A DNA stretch of 64,000 nt from Escherichia coli (GCF_024223415.1 NZ_CP100500.1), one strand, 5' to 3'; positions 12,403-23,369 are shown, counted from the first letter of the stretch. The notes: generated from the sequence alone by a model not told the origin. Made by a program: numbers and translations.

Positions 12403-13125
12403 GTGGCGACACTCTTTATTGCAGATCTTCATCTCTGCGTGGAAGAACCGGCGATCACCGCCGGTTTTCTGCGTTTTTTAGCGGGGGAAGCTCGCAAGGC
12501 CGACGCGCTGTATATTCTTGGCGATCTGTTTGAAGCGTGGATTGGCGACGACGATCCCAACCCACTCCATCGCCAGATGGCGGCGGCGATCAAAGCGGTG
12601 TCCGATTCCGGCGTTCCCTGTTATTTCATTCATGGCAACCGTGATTTTCTGCTCGGCAAACGCTTTGCCCGTGAAAGCGGCATGACGTTATTGCCGGAAG
12701 AAAAGGTGCTCGAACTTTATGGTCGCCGGGTGTTGATTATGCATGGCGACACGCTGTGCACCGATGACGCGGGTTATCAGGCTTTTCGCGCCAAGGTCCA
12801 CAAACCCTGGCTGCAGACGCTATTCCTCGCCCTGCCGTTGTTTGTGCGCAAACGCATTGCCGCGCGAATGCGCGCGAACAGTAAAGAAGCCAACAGCAGT
12901 AAATCGCTGGCGATCATGGACGTTAACCAAAACGCGGTGGTCAGTGCGATGGAAAAACATCAGGTGCAATGGCTGATTCACGGGCATACCCATCGCCCGG
13001 CGGTACATGAACTTATCGCCAACCAGCAACCTGCTTTTCGCGTGGTACTCGGTGCCTGGCATACAGAAGGTTCGATGGTGAAAGTCACGGCGGATGACGT
13101 TGAGCTGATTCATTTTCCGTTTTAA
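12403..13125 (+). CDS. lpxH: UDP-2,3-diacylglucosamine pyrophosphohydrolase
   Basis: 240 aa with GTG start, and calcineurin-like motifs DLHL, GDLFE, GNRD. Confidence 0.95.
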   Translation: MATLFIADLHLCVEEPAITAGFLRFLAGEARKADALYILGDLFEAWIGDDDPNPLHRQMAAAIKAVSDSGVPCYFIHGNRDFLLGKRFARESGMTLLPEEKVLELYGRRVLIMHGDTLCTDDAGYQAFRAKVHKPWLQTLFLALPLFVRKRIAARMRANSKEANSSKSLAIMDVNQNAVVSAMEKHQVQWLIHGHTHRPAVHELIANQQPAFRVVLGAWHTEGSMVKVTADDVELIHFPF

Positions 13126-13155
13126 AAAACCCGCAACTTTGCTGATTTCACAGCC

Positions 13156-13171
13156 ACGCAACCGTTTTCCT
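13156..13171. promoter_or_regulatory. PurR operator (PUR box) upstream of purEK
   Basis: ACGCAACCGTTTTCCT matches the PUR-box consensus ACGCAAACGTTTTCNT and lies about 70 bp upstream of purE. Confidence 0.75.
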
Positions 13172-13242
13172 TGCTCTCTTTCCGTGCTATTCTCTGTGCC
13201 CTCTAAAGCCGAGAGTTGTGCACCACAGGAGTTTTAAGACGC

Positions 13243-13752
13243 ATGTCTTCCCGCAATAATCCGGCGCGTGTCGCCATCGTGATGGGGTCCAAAAGCGACT
13301 GGGCTACCATGCAGTTCGCCGCCGAAATCTTCGAAATCCTGAATGTCCCGCACCACGTTGAAGTGGTTTCTGCTCACCGCACCCCCGATAAACTGTTCAG
13401 CTTCGCCGAAAGCGCCGAAGAGAACGGTTATCAGGTGATTATTGCGGGCGCAGGCGGCGCAGCGCACCTGCCAGGCATGATTGCTGCCAAAACGCTGGTG
13501 CCAGTGCTGGGCGTGCCAGTACAGAGCGCCGCACTGAGCGGTGTCGATAGCCTCTACTCCATCGTACAAATGCCGCGCGGCATTCCGGTGGGTACGCTGG
13601 CGATTGGTAAAGCTGGCGCGGCAAACGCGGCGTTACTGGCAGCACAAATTCTTGCGACTCATGATAAAGAACTGCACCAGCGTCTGAATGACTGGCGCAA
13701 AGCCCAGACCGACGAAGTGCTGGAAAACCCGGACCCGCGAGGTGCGGCATGA
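13243..13752 (+). CDS. purE: N5-carboxyaminoimidazole ribonucleotide mutase
   Basis: 169 aa from [19 protein letters not shown]. Confidence 0.97.
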   Translation: MSSRNNPARVAIVMGSKSDWATMQFAAEIFEILNVPHHVEVVSAHRTPDKLFSFAESAEENGYQVIIAGAGGAAHLPGMIAAKTLVPVLGVPVQSAALSGVDSLYSIVQMPRGIPVGTLAIGKAGAANAALLAAQILATHDKELHQRLNDWRKAQTDEVLENPDPRGAA

Positions 13753-14816
13753 AACAGGTTTGCGTCCTCGGTAACGGGCAGTTAGGCCGTATGCTGCGTC
13801 AGGCAGGCGAACCGTTAGGCATTGCTGTCTGGCCAGTCGGGCTGGACGCTGAACCGGCGGCGGTGCCTTTTCAACAAAGCGTGATTACCGCTGAGATCGA
13901 ACGCTGGCCGGAAACCGCATTAACCCGCGAGCTGGCGCGCCATCCGGCCTTTGTGAACCGCGATGTGTTCCCGATTATTGCTGACCGTCTGACTCAGAAG
14001 CAGCTTTTCGATAAGCTCCACCTGCCGACCGCACCGTGGCAGTTACTTGCCGATCGCAGCGAGTGGCCTGCGGTGTTTGATCGTTTAGGTGAGCTGGCGA
14101 TTGTTAAGCGTCGCACTGGTGGCTATGACGGTCGCGGTCAATGGCGTTTACGTGCCGATGAAACCGAACAGTTACCGGCTGAATGCTACGGCGAATGTAT
14201 AGTCGAGCAGGGCATAAACTTCTCTGGTGAAGTGTCGCTGGTTGGCGCGCGCGGCTTTGATGGCAGCACCGTGTTTTATCCGCTGACGCATAACCTGCAT
14301 CAGGACGGTATTTTGCGCACCAGCGTCGCTTTCCCGCAGGCCAATGCACAGCAGCAAGCGCAAGCCGAAGAGATGCTGTCGGCGATTATGCAGGAGCTGG
14401 GCTATGTGGGCGTGATGGCGATGGAGTGTTTTGTCACCCCGCAAGGTCTGCTGATCAACGAACTGGCTCCGCGTGTGCATAACAGCGGTCACTGGACACA
14501 AAACGGTGCCAGCATCAGCCAGTTTGAGCTGCATCTGCGGGCGATTACCGATCTGCCGTTACCGCAACCAGTGGTGAATAATCCGTCGGTGATGATCAAT
14601 CTGATTGGTAGCGATGTGAATTATGACTGGCTGAAACTGCCGCTGGTGAATCTGCACTGGTACGACAAAGAAGTCCGTCCGGGCCGTAAAGTGGGGCATC
14701 TGAATTTGACCGACAGCGACACATCGCGTCTGTCCGCGACGCTGGAAGCCTTAATCCCGCTGCTGCCGCCGGAGTATGCCAGCGGCGTGATGTGGGCACA
14801 GAGTAAGTTCAGTTAA
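13749..14816 (+). CDS. purK: N5-carboxyaminoimidazole ribonucleotide synthase
   Basis: 355 aa, ATP-grasp fold. Its ATGA start overlaps the purE stop. Confidence 0.97.
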   Translation: MKQVCVLGNGQLGRMLRQAGEPLGIAVWPVGLDAEPAAVPFQQSVITAEIERWPETALTRELARHPAFVNRDVFPIIADRLTQKQLFDKLHLPTAPWQLLADRSEWPAVFDRLGELAIVKRRTGGYDGRGQWRLRADETEQLPAECYGECIVEQGINFSGEVSLVGARGFDGSTVFYPLTHNLHQDGILRTSVAFPQANAQQQAQAEEMLSAIMQELGYVGVMAMECFVTPQGLLINELAPRVHNSGHWTQNGASISQFELHLRAITDLPLPQPVVNNPSVMINLIGSDVNYDWLKLPLVNLHWYDKEVRPGRKVGHLNLTDSDTSRLSATLEALIPLLPPEYASGVMWAQSKFS

Positions 14817-14834
14817 CCTGGTGCTCATTTGATT

Positions 14835-14923
14835 GCCGGATGCGGCGTGAACGCCTTATCCGGCCTACACCGCTCCGGTACCCATTGTAGGCCTGATAAG
14901 ACGCGTCAAGCGTCGCATCAGGC
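14835..14923. repeat. REP/BIME element (two inverted REP units)
   Basis: GCCGGATGCGGCGTGAACGCCTTATCCGGCCTAC and GTAGGCCTGATAAGACGCG...GCATCAGGC are canonical REP palindromes. Confidence 0.9.
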
Positions 14924-14954
14924 ATGGTGCACCGATTGCTGGATGCTCTCATCA

Positions 14955-15848
14955 CTACAGCGAAATACAGGTCCCCGCTTCGCCCGCCAGCGTCTCTTCA
15001 ATTCGCGATAACGCCCCAATCCACGCGGGTTTACCACGGCTTCTGACATAACCACTCACCGCCGTTACCTTCGGCCCCATCGAACCATCGGCTTTGGCAA
15101 ATGGCGCTAACTCATCCGGTGTGGCATGGCGAATGGCACGTTGCTGCGGCGTTCCCCAGTTTTCATATACCGCATCAGCATCGGTGAGGATCACCAGTCC
15201 ATCTGCATTAATCTGCTCGGCGAGCAACGCAGCGGCGAGATCTTTATCAATCACCGCTTCACTCCCTGCTCCGTCATCCGTCACAGGCACACCGCCGCCG
15301 CCGCTGCAAATCACCACATGCCCCTCTTTGAGCAACAACTCGATGGCTTCGCTGTCGAGAATTTTACGCGGTTGCGGAGACGCCACCACCCGGCGCAAAT
15401 ATTTACCATCACGTTTCATCTGCCAGCCGTAAGCCGCTTCCAGTGCCTCTTGTTCTTCTGGCTGATAAACCGGACCAATAAATTTCTCTGGCTGCAAAAA
15501 CGCCGGATCATCAGGCGAAACTTCAATGCGCGTCAGCACCGTCGTGACAGGCGGCATCTGCGGCTGTGCGCTCAAACTCTGCGCCAGCATATAGCCAATC
15601 ATCCCCTGACTTTCTGCCACCAGCACATCCAGCGGATACGGTTCTACCTCTTTCCACGCCAGATTCTGCAATGCCAGCAACCCCACCTGCGGCCCGTTGC
15701 CGTGAACAATCGCCAGCCGATAAGAACGGGCCAGGCGCGCCAGCGCGGGTACAGCACTGGCGATATTGCGATATTGATTTTCTGCCGTCAGCGCCTCACC
15801 GCGCTGGAGTAAGGCGTTGCCCCCAAGAGCTACAACCAGTGTTTTCAT
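14955..15848 (-). CDS. ybcF: carbamate kinase-like protein of the anaerobic allantoin/oxamate branch
   Basis: 297 aa from [18 protein letters not shown], carbamate kinase family. Confidence 0.92.
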   Translation of the reverse strand: MKTLVVALGGNALLQRGEALTAENQYRNIASAVPALARLARSYRLAIVHGNGPQVGLLALQNLAWKEVEPYPLDVLVAESQGMIGYMLAQSLSAQPQMPPVTTVLTRIEVSPDDPAFLQPEKFIGPVYQPEEQEALEAAYGWQMKRDGKYLRRVVASPQPRKILDSEAIELLLKEGHVVICSGGGGVPVTDDGAGSEAVIDKDLAAALLAEQINADGLVILTDADAVYENWGTPQQRAIRHATPDELAPFAKADGSMGPKVTAVSGYVRSRGKPAWIGALSRIEETLAGEAGTCISL

Positions 15849-16660
15849 GGTTTTCCTTGTAATAATTGTTGGCCAAGCCAAAACCCCAGCAGCGTATCTG
15901 CCCCTGACGTATGCCCCAGCGCCAGCAGCGAATCAATCGCAACAGCGGTACGTTTCGGGCAACTCAGAGCATGAACAAAGTGCAGGAGTGGCGAGGCGAA
16001 ATATCCTTGCGCGGCATAACGTAAATAACTGACGCTCACCGCTGTGGTAACGAGTTGCAGATTGTCGGAACAGGCAAAAAACGGACGACCGGAGCGCGCA
16101 TCTAAAGCGCCATAATACCAGGCCGCCAGCAGCATTCCGCTCAGCGTGTCATCATGACTCGGCGTTAATCCGGGGCCTTTACCCAGCCAGTGCCGCCAGT
16201 CGGTCTTAACGCCATTGAGCGCGGCCTGAAAACAGTGACGAAACTGGCGTAACTCAGCAGGCAGCGGATCGCTTGCCGCCAACGCCAGTGGCCCGAAAAG
16301 CCCGTTTTCCTCCGCGCGTTGCATCCATGCAGCTGCAAGTGGTTGAGGATGCGCAGGCGGCGTAATACGCAGCAAACAATAACGCTGTGGCTGTTTAACC
16401 GTGAAACGCCCGAGGCGAATCCCTTGAGCCACAACCTGTGGTCGTTCATTGCCGCATAATCCACCGCATAACGCATCGAATTGCGCACGGCGAAGCACCC
16501 ATCCTCCGGGGCCGAAACCACTACCCTGACGATGCAGCGTTAACAGTTCGCCGCTTTCCGTCATCAGGTTAATCGCCCGCCGCCACACTCCCGCTAACCG
16601 CCAGGACTGGCGATAATTCGGTGCGCTACTACTGGCAAGCAGAGGATGGATGATCGTCAT
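15845..16660 (-). CDS. ylbF: DUF2877 protein, fdrA-ylbE-ylbF cluster
   Basis: 271 aa from [19 protein letters not shown]-12 synteny. Confidence 0.85.
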   Translation of the reverse strand: MTIIHPLLASSSAPNYRQSWRLAGVWRRAINLMTESGELLTLHRQGSGFGPGGWVLRRAQFDALCGGLCGNERPQVVAQGIRLGRFTVKQPQRYCLLRITPPAHPQPLAAAWMQRAEENGLFGPLALAASDPLPAELRQFRHCFQAALNGVKTDWRHWLGKGPGLTPSHDDTLSGMLLAAWYYGALDARSGRPFFACSDNLQLVTTAVSVSYLRYAAQGYFASPLLHFVHALSCPKRTAVAIDSLLALGHTSGADTLLGFWLGQQLLQGKP

Positions 16661-16670
16661 TGCGCGTTCC

Positions 16671-17930
16671 TCAACCAATCCCCATGCTTTCAGCCAGTGC
16701 TTCCAGCGCCTGTTCAAAACACGCCAGCGGTGCCCGCACGGTGCCTGCGCCAATCTGCCCGATCCCCGCCTCTTTATGGGCGATACCGGTATTGATGAGT
16801 GGCGTAATGCCGGTTTCTACCACGCGACGAATGTCCAGTCCCAGGCACGCGCCCTGAAAATCCCAGCTTGGGATCTGCAACTGCATATTGCGTTCAAGGT
16901 AAATTTCCGCCATCTCTTCAGATACCGCCCTGGCCGCTTCCATGCCACCCGCACCGACAAAGCGCGTTACGCCAGGCGCTGCGATCATTGCCGCACCTCC
17001 GATACCAAAGGTTTCGGTAATCGCGCTATCGCCCATATCCGGGTTCGCCTGCTCCTGCGAGAAGCCGGTGAAAAACAGACCTTGCGGAGTGTTTACAGGC
17101 GCAGTAAACCAGCGTTCGCCCAGCCCGCTTACCCGAATCCCGAACATATTGCCGTTGCGGGTCATTGCCGTGACGATGCTGCCTGCGCGGATCATCGCGC
17201 CAGCATCCATCGCCGCCTTGCAGTAAGCCATCGCGAGGTTGAGGAAGAACTGATCGGTCACGCTGAGGAAATCCATCACTTCCGCGATGTGCTGTTTATC
17301 ATGATCGAGGCGAGCAATTTGTGGGGCCAGCGCACGCATTAACAGTGCTGAGGAAGCAATATTGCGTTGATGGAACTCATCGCCCATCGTAATGCCCTGC
17401 GCCATCATCGCAGTAAGATCGATACCGCGCTCCATGCGCCCCAGCGCCGCGCTTAATACTGGCATTAACACATCGCGCATCCAGCGATGGCGAGTCAGGA
17501 CATCTTCGCCGTAAGCGCCAAAACGCATCACTTTGCCGATACCTTCGTTGAGGTTGCAGTACGCCCGGTTGCCGTCGGTCACGTTCTCGACCACCAGCAT
17601 CGGCATACTGGCAGAAGTAATACCGCCCATTGGCCCGACGGCATTCACATGGTGACAAGGAATGAAGTTCACTTCCCCCAGATCCAGCATCGCCAGTGCC
17701 TGCGCTTCATCTTTCGCCCAGCCTTCAAACAGACATGCGCCCACGCACGCCCCTTTCATTGGCCCGGTCATCTCCTGCCAGCGCATTGGTGGCCCGGCGT
17801 GAAGCAGTGTTTTGCCCTGGTTTAACGCACTGATGAGTGAAGATGCTGGTTTAACATCCAGCCAGTGTGGACGAGCGCGACGAATTTGTTCGATAACCGC
17901 AGCATTGGCTTGCGCCACTGATGTAAACAT
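16671..17930 (-). CDS. ylbE: DUF1116 protein, intact 419 aa here (recalled as frameshifted in K-12)
   Basis: Single uninterrupted [21 protein letters not shown]... Confidence 0.85.
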   Translation of the reverse strand: MFTSVAQANAAVIEQIRRARPHWLDVKPASSLISALNQGKTLLHAGPPMRWQEMTGPMKGACVGACLFEGWAKDEAQALAMLDLGEVNFIPCHHVNAVGPMGGITSASMPMLVVENVTDGNRAYCNLNEGIGKVMRFGAYGEDVLTRHRWMRDVLMPVLSAALGRMERGIDLTAMMAQGITMGDEFHQRNIASSALLMRALAPQIARLDHDKQHIAEVMDFLSVTDQFFLNLAMAYCKAAMDAGAMIRAGSIVTAMTRNGNMFGIRVSGLGERWFTAPVNTPQGLFFTGFSQEQANPDMGDSAITETFGIGGAAMIAAPGVTRFVGAGGMEAARAVSEEMAEIYLERNMQLQIPSWDFQGACLGLDIRRVVETGITPLINTGIAHKEAGIGQIGAGTVRAPLACFEQALEALAESMGIG

Positions 17931-17939
17931 GGGAACCCC

Positions 17940-19607
17940 TTATTGCAAACGTTCTAATAAACGAGCCAGTTTTTTATTGCCGCCGGCGACTGGCGCCCAT
18001 TGGTAATGCACCACCGGTTTGCTGGCGCTTTGTAGTTCCAGCGCAAAACTGCGTAATCCGATGTTAATCACGGCGACGTTTTCCAGTAATGACGGTGTGT
18101 GTTGCTGTGCGGCAGGCGAGAGCGGATGAATTAACGCTGCCGCCAGCAAGGTGGCTTCCGGTAGCGAACTCACGACCGCAATCCCCGCATCTTCCAGCGT
18201 GGCGATTTGCTGCGAGCGGCATTGCGGGTCACGTTCAGTGCCTGTCACCGTGGCAATGGCATACAGTGGTTGATTGTCTGAACGCGCAGCACAGGCTTTT
18301 TGCCAGGCGCTTACCAGCGAGGCGGCAGGATCGGCGGTCGCACCGAAGCCAATCACGACATCAAGCAGCAGCACACGCACTTGCGGTTTAGCGCCGAGAT
18401 CGGCAATTAACTGGTTGCGTAAGGTTGGGTCGATCATCGGATGGGGACGCCCGACTGTGTAGAAATCATCGCCGAGGTCAATAATCTGGTGACCATCGGC
18501 GTCGAGCATCATGCCGTGATGATGGGCATCATCGGCTTCCACGCCAAGGTGTCCGGCAAGTAATCCCGCCGCTTCGGCAGCCAGCGTACCGCCGGTATAC
18601 AAACCGCAAATAAATCCGCTGCTGGCAGGCGTTATCGCGTTACGTCGCGCCGTAACGCGTGAAAGCAGGCAAGCCAGGCGTGCGGCCTCATCCAGCGAGG
18701 AGGCAAACCAGACATTCTCGTCGCGGGCCACCGCCGGGGTATAACCTAAAAACAGCGCCACCGTCGGTTTGCCGGTTGCTTTCATGGCATTAACAATTTT
18801 CAGACGCACCGCTTCGGCAGGTGGTTTTGAAACAAATGCCAGCACTTCGCTTTTCTCGTCTGCACTGAGCATCTCCAGCGCCGTCAGCGCACTGATGCCG
18901 CCCACTTCACGGCTGAGGTCGCGGCCGCCAAGGCCAATCGCGTGAGTAATTCCCTCCCCTGCCAGCGCAATCTGCGAACACAGCTCCTGAATCCCGGTAC
19001 CGGAAGCGCCAATGACGCCAATATTGCCTTCCGGCATCACGTTAGCAAAAGCCAGCGGCGTGGCGGCAATCATCGACGTACCGCAGTCCGGCCCCATCAC
19101 CAGCAAGCCTTTTTCCCGCGCGCGGGTTTTAAGTTGGATTTCATCTTCCAGCGTGACGTTATCGGAGAACATCATCACGTTGAGGTTGCGATCCAGCGCC
19201 TGATTCGCCAGCTCCGCCGCATACTCGCCAGCCACTGAAATCAGCGCCAGATTGGCATCGGGTAATTTCTGACAGGCACTGTCCCAGCGACGCACCTGCG
19301 TCAACGCCTGGCTGCTGCCTGACCCCTGCGCCAGTTGTTTTAGCGCCTCTTCAAGCTGCTGCATAATCGCCTGCGCGATCCCCGCATCCGCCGCTTCGCT
19401 ACGAATTGCCACGCAAATATCGTTCGGCGTGGCGTTATTAAAATCGTCATGCCAGAAACCTGTGGTATCTAATAACGCTTTATTGGCGGGCGTACCCATC
19501 ATTACGGAAACATCATCAACATTTTCTGATTCGCTGAGTTTTCGTGAAATAATCATTAAACTGACCGAATCCTGAAAACACCCTTTTTTAATAAAGGCGT
19601 GGATCAT
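17940..19607 (-). CDS. fdrA: succinyl-CoA-synthetase-alpha-like (CoA-ligase fold) protein
   Basis: 555 aa, MIHAFIKKGCFQDSVSLMIISRKL. Confidence 0.9.
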   Translation of the reverse strand: MIHAFIKKGCFQDSVSLMIISRKLSESENVDDVSVMMGTPANKALLDTTGFWHDDFNNATPNDICVAIRSEAADAGIAQAIMQQLEEALKQLAQGSGSSQALTQVRRWDSACQKLPDANLALISVAGEYAAELANQALDRNLNVMMFSDNVTLEDEIQLKTRAREKGLLVMGPDCGTSMIAATPLAFANVMPEGNIGVIGASGTGIQELCSQIALAGEGITHAIGLGGRDLSREVGGISALTALEMLSADEKSEVLAFVSKPPAEAVRLKIVNAMKATGKPTVALFLGYTPAVARDENVWFASSLDEAARLACLLSRVTARRNAITPASSGFICGLYTGGTLAAEAAGLLAGHLGVEADDAHHHGMMLDADGHQIIDLGDDFYTVGRPHPMIDPTLRNQLIADLGAKPQVRVLLLDVVIGFGATADPAASLVSAWQKACAARSDNQPLYAIATVTGTERDPQCRSQQIATLEDAGIAVVSSLPEATLLAAALIHPLSPAAQQHTPSLLENVAVINIGLRSFALELQSASKPVVHYQWAPVAGGNKKLARLLERLQ

Positions 19608-19923
19608 AACAACTCCTTAAAAATTGCACCCATGGCAATTGCACGAGCAGTGTTAATGTGGCGATTACGGTATCGATGACAACGAGTAAATAAGGTGATG
19701 AATATCACACAGGGATTATTAACAAAAGAATTCAAATAACCGCCAGACTATTACGCGTTATTTTTTAATAAGCATGGTTGTTTTAAAAACCAGGTTAAAA
19801 GCGCGAAGATTATCAAATAAATTCTAACTATATTTTTTTGCCTGTCTGGATCACATAATCCAGATATTTTCCCTGTATGTTAATTGCAGTCATGCTTCAC
19901 ACCGTCGTTAAAAAGGAAGACAG

Positions 19924-20973
19924 ATGAAAATCAGTCGGGAAACACTCCACCAGCTAATTGAGAATAAACTCTGCCAGGCTGGGTTAAAACGTGAGCACGC
20001 TGCAACCGTGGCTGAAGTATTGGTTTACGCCGATGCCAGAGGGATCCACTCTCATGGCGCGGTGCGCGTGGAATACTACGCGGAACGCATTTCAAAAGGC
20101 GGCACCAACCGCGAACCGGAGTTTCGTCTTGAGGAAACCGGGCCGTGCTCGGCAATTTTACATGCCGACAATGCCGCCGGACAGGTCGCGGCGAAAATGG
20201 GTATGGAACATGCCATCAAAACCGCCCAGCAAAATGGCGTTGCGGTGGTCGGTATCAGCCGGATGGGTCACAGCGGCGCAATCTCTTATTTTGTGCAGCA
20301 GGCAGCCCGCGCCGGATTAATTGGCATTTCGATGTGCCAGTCCGATCCAATGGTGGTGCCGTTTGGCGGCGCGGAAATTTACTACGGTACTAACCCACTG
20401 GCCTTTGCCGCGCCGGGAGAAGGCGACGAGATCCTTACCTTTGATATGGCGACTACCGTACAGGCATGGGGAAAAGTGCTCGACGCCCGCTCGCGTAATA
20501 TGTCTATCCCGGATACCTGGGCGGTCGATAAAAACGGTGCACCAACAACCGATCCGTTCGCGGTACATGCTCTGCTCCCCGCAGCCGGGCCGAAAGGGTA
20601 TGGCCTGATGATGATGATTGACGTCCTCTCAGGCGTCTTACTCGGCTTACCGTTCGGGCGACAGGTTAGTTCGATGTATGACGATTTACACGCCGGGCGT
20701 AATTTGGGGCAATTACATGTAGTTATTAACCCGAACTTTTTCTCCTCCAGCGAATTATTCCGTCAACATCTTAGCCAGACCATGCGCGAATTAAATGCCA
20801 TTACCCCCGCGCCCGGTTTTAATCAGGTTTATTATCCCGGACAGGATCAGGATATTAAACAACGCAAAGCCGCCGTCGAAGGCATCGAAATTGTTGATGA
20901 TATTTACCAGTATTTAATTTCCGACGCGCTTTATAACACGTCATACGAAACGAAAAATCCCTTTGCGCAATAA
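19924..20973 (+). CDS. allD: ureidoglycolate dehydrogenase
   Basis: 349 aa, Ldh_2 family, MKISRETLHQLIENKLCQAGL. Confidence 0.95.
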   Translation: MKISRETLHQLIENKLCQAGLKREHAATVAEVLVYADARGIHSHGAVRVEYYAERISKGGTNREPEFRLEETGPCSAILHADNAAGQVAAKMGMEHAIKTAQQNGVAVVGISRMGHSGAISYFVQQAARAGLIGISMCQSDPMVVPFGGAEIYYGTNPLAFAAPGEGDEILTFDMATTVQAWGKVLDARSRNMSIPDTWAVDKNGAPTTDPFAVHALLPAAGPKGYGLMMMIDVLSGVLLGLPFGRQVSSMYDDLHAGRNLGQLHVVINPNFFSSSELFRQHLSQTMRELNAITPAPGFNQVYYPGQDQDIKQRKAAVEGIEIVDDIYQYLISDALYNTSYETKNPFAQ

Positions 20974-20994
20974 TTATTGAGACAGGACTTTCTT

Positions 20995-22230
20995 ATGATT
21001 ACACATTTTCGTCAAGCCATAGAAGAAGCGCTGCCCTGGCTTTCCTCATTTGGCGCTGACCCAACGGGTGGGATGACCCGTTTACTTTATTCGCCGGAAT
21101 GGCTGGAAACCCAGCAGCAATTTAAAAAAAGAATGGCCGCAAGTGGGCTGGAAACACGTTTCGATGAAGTGGGGAATTTATACGGTCGCCTGAGTGGCAC
21201 CGAATATCCACAGGAAGTGGTTCTGAGCGGTTCGCATATCGATACCGTGGTTAACGGCGGTAACCTCGACGGGCAATTCGGCGCGCTGGCGGCGTGGCTG
21301 GCAATTGACTGGCTGAAAACTCAATACGGCGCACCGCTGCGTACGGTTGAAGTGGTGGCGATGGCGGAAGAAGAAGGCAGCCGCTTCCCGTATGTTTTCT
21401 GGGGCAGTAAAAATATCTTTGGGCTGGCGAATCCTGACGACGTGCGGAATATCTGTGATGCCAAAGGAAATAGTTTTGTCGATGCGATGAAGGCTTGCGG
21501 ATTTACTCTGCCGGACGCCCCGCTAACTCCGCGTCAGGATATTAAAGCCTTTGTCGAACTGCATATCGAACAGGGCTGTGTGCTGGAAAGTAATGGGCAA
21601 TCAATTGGCGTGGTGAATGCAATTGTCGGGCAACGTCGCTATACGGTGACGCTGAACGGCGAATCAAACCATGCAGGCACCACGCCGATGGATTATCGTC
21701 GTGATACGGTTTACGCTTTCAGTCGCATTTGCCATCAGTCGATCGAAAAAGCGAAAAAGATGGGCGACCCGCTGGTGCTGACCTTTGGTAAGGTGGAGCC
21801 GCGCCCGAATACGGTGAATGTGGTGCCGGGTAAAACCACGTTCACCATTGATTGTCGTCATACCGACGCCGCCGTGCTGCGTGATTTCACCCAACAGTTA
21901 GAAAACGACATGCGGGCGATTTGCGATGAAATGGACATTGGTATTGATATCGATTTATGGATGGACGAAGAACCCGTGCCGATGAATAAGGACCTGGTCG
22001 CCACCCTGACAGAATTGTGTGAAAGTGAAAAACTGAATTACCGGGTGATGCACAGTGGTGCCGGGCACGACGCGCAAATTTTCGCGCCTCGCGTGCCGAC
22101 CTGCATGATTTTCATTCCCAGCATCAATGGGATCAGCCATAACCCGGCGGAACGCACCAATATTACCGACCTTGCCGAAGGGGTCAAAACGTTGGCACTC
22201 ATGCTTTATCAACTTGCCTGGCAGAAATAA
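20995..22230 (+). CDS. allC: allantoate amidohydrolase
   Basis: 411 aa from MITHFRQAIEE, M20 peptidase family. Confidence 0.95.
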   Translation: MITHFRQAIEEALPWLSSFGADPTGGMTRLLYSPEWLETQQQFKKRMAASGLETRFDEVGNLYGRLSGTEYPQEVVLSGSHIDTVVNGGNLDGQFGALAAWLAIDWLKTQYGAPLRTVEVVAMAEEEGSRFPYVFWGSKNIFGLANPDDVRNICDAKGNSFVDAMKACGFTLPDAPLTPRQDIKAFVELHIEQGCVLESNGQSIGVVNAIVGQRRYTVTLNGESNHAGTTPMDYRRDTVYAFSRICHQSIEKAKKMGDPLVLTFGKVEPRPNTVNVVPGKTTFTIDCRHTDAAVLRDFTQQLENDMRAICDEMDIGIDIDLWMDEEPVPMNKDLVATLTELCESEKLNYRVMHSGAGHDAQIFAPRVPTCMIFIPSINGISHNPAERTNITDLAEGVKTLALMLYQLAWQK

Positions 22231-22237
22231 GGAGTCA

Positions 22238-22249
22238 TAAATGGGATAT
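22238..22249 (+). repeat. left copy of the attachment core/target duplication TAAATGGGATAT
   Basis: Matches 33891-33902 (TAAAAGGGATAT) at 11 of 12 positions. GGGATAT is identical in both. Confidence 0.8.
22241..22249 (+). other. allE: orphaned first three codons of allE (ATG GGA TAT), cut off from the gene body by the satellite insertion
   Basis: The SD GGAG and ATGGGATAT follow the allC stop exactly as in the uninterrupted arrangement. Reading continues into island DNA and stops after 12 codons. Confidence 0.8.
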
Positions 22250-22322
22250 ATCTATAACTTATTTTCAATAAGGTATTGATTTAATTAAACAACTTACACT
22301 ACAAAAAGTGCCAAAAATCGCA

Positions 22323-22348
22323 AATTAACTACACCATTAACTACACCG
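22323..22348 (+). repeat. 26-bp island-internal direct repeat AATTAACTACACCATTAACTACACCG (itself a tandem ATTAACTACACC x2), left copy
   Basis: Identical copy at 33743-33768. Imperfect similarity extends about 50 bp further. Confidence 0.85.
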
Positions 22349-22645
22349 TTCGGCGCACTGTATGAAACAACGTGGAACAAATAGGCACAAGAAATATAAA
22401 GGCGGGTAATTTTAAGGGGGCGTTGCTGTCGATACGGGGATCCACATATCGAGATTGATACCTGGCTTTTTTTCCGGTTAACCTTTAATCAGGCTGGTGG
22501 GCTTTACCTGTTCTGTAGGAGTGGTCATTATGACCATTCAGCCAATGACCTTAATCAGAATTTTTCGCTAAAAAATGACGTTGGCCACGTCATCCGGAAA
22601 GCACAAAATCACGTCGATTTTTAATGGATGGTTAAACCGTCTTTT

Positions 22646-22681
22646 TGTCACGGTGTGTCACTGGTTGTCACGCTCTGTCAC
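22646..22681 (+). repeat. four TGTCAC motifs spaced exactly 10 bp apart
   Basis: TGTCAC starts at 22646, 22656, 22666 and 22676, so the copies are phased by one helical turn. Confidence 0.8.
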
Positions 22682-22693
22682 GATGTCCGGCCT

Positions 22694-23044
22694 CCTCACA
22701 TTGAGGATTGTGGAAGAATCAATGGGTTAGTCTTACTACCCAAACTACGGGTAGTTTCCGTAGTTTCATGGTCGAGTTGCAGATCTGCAACTCCCCCATC
22801 AACCACAGGCGAATTTCCGCCTTCGGTCATTCCTTAATCATCTGCGTAATCATAATGATTATTCAGCCACCTCAATTTTGAGGTTTGCTTTAAGTTCAGC
22901 GAGTTACCGCGCCGACTTCCTCAAATTGAGGTTTCCGAAAATATCAGTGGGTTAGCGATTAAGCTGACCATTAATTAAACTGCGAAAATTTCGTAGTTTG
23001 TGACTGTCTTTCAGGCAGCTTGTTATCAGTCCTCAGATGTGAGG
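22694..23044. promoter_or_regulatory. four dispersed palindromes CCTCA-N3/4-TGAGG
   Basis: Located at 22694-22706, 22870-22883, 22919-22931 and 23031-23044. A perfect 20-bp palindrome GAGTTGCAGATCTGCAACTC lies at 22774-22793. Confidence 0.7.
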
Positions 23045-23087
23045 GATGTAGCCAGCGCAATTTTGCGTTATCGGGAATATCAGCAAG

Positions 23088-23369
23088 TTACCGCCGTAAC
23101 CGTTCCGGCTTCTTCCACTGATAAGTGTTTTTCGCGCTCTCCTGATACATCGCCACGCGTCGACGGTATGCCAGCAACTCTAGTACTCTGATTCGTATGT
23201 CGCGCATATCCACGCCGTTAAGCTCAATACCATCACGGCGCATTACATCAGCAACAACACGCACGTAATTTTCGGCGATCACGCTGTCCGGCTGCGTGGC
23301 CTGTTCGTCATGCTGCTGGCTGATTCCGGTAACGCGGCGGATTAATCCCAGTAGTTCGGCTTCTGTCAT
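23088..23369 (-). CDS. hypothetical 93-aa satellite protein
   Basis: ATG preceded by GGGGGC. No family recognised. Lies just beyond the left cos copy. Confidence 0.55.
   Translation of the reverse strand: MTEAELLGLIRRVTGISQQHDEQATQPDSVIAENYVRVVADVMRRDGIELNGVDMRDIRIRVLELLAYRRRVAMYQESAKNTYQWKKPERLRR

Noticed and set aside
10524-12412. Long ORFs antisense to cysS and ppiB (175-228 aa)
   Set aside because: They lie opposite highly conserved housekeeping genes and have no independent support.
16650-17342. 230-aa plus-strand ORF inside ylbE, and similar ORFs inside fdrA, ybcF and gcl
   Set aside because: They are antisense to conserved genes with full-length homology, so they are shadow ORFs.
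19846-19863. Palindrome CTGGAT-N6-ATCCAG in the fdrA-allD intergenic region, with the same half-sites as the satellite's LexA-like box
   Set aside because: The CTG...CAG spacing is N12 rather than N10, so it is not an SOS box. It is probably part of the native allD (AllS-dependent) control region. The match to the satellite's box is treated as coincidental.
22646-22681. A CRISPR-like array
   Set aside because: The period is only 10 bp with 6-bp motifs and no spacers, and no cas genes are present. This is a protein-binding iteron array, not CRISPR.
22628-23191. Two plus-strand ORFs (69 and 63 aa) in the satellite's left arm
   Set aside because: They are composed of the repeat motifs themselves (the TGTCAC array and the palindromes). 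They have no SD and an implausible composition.
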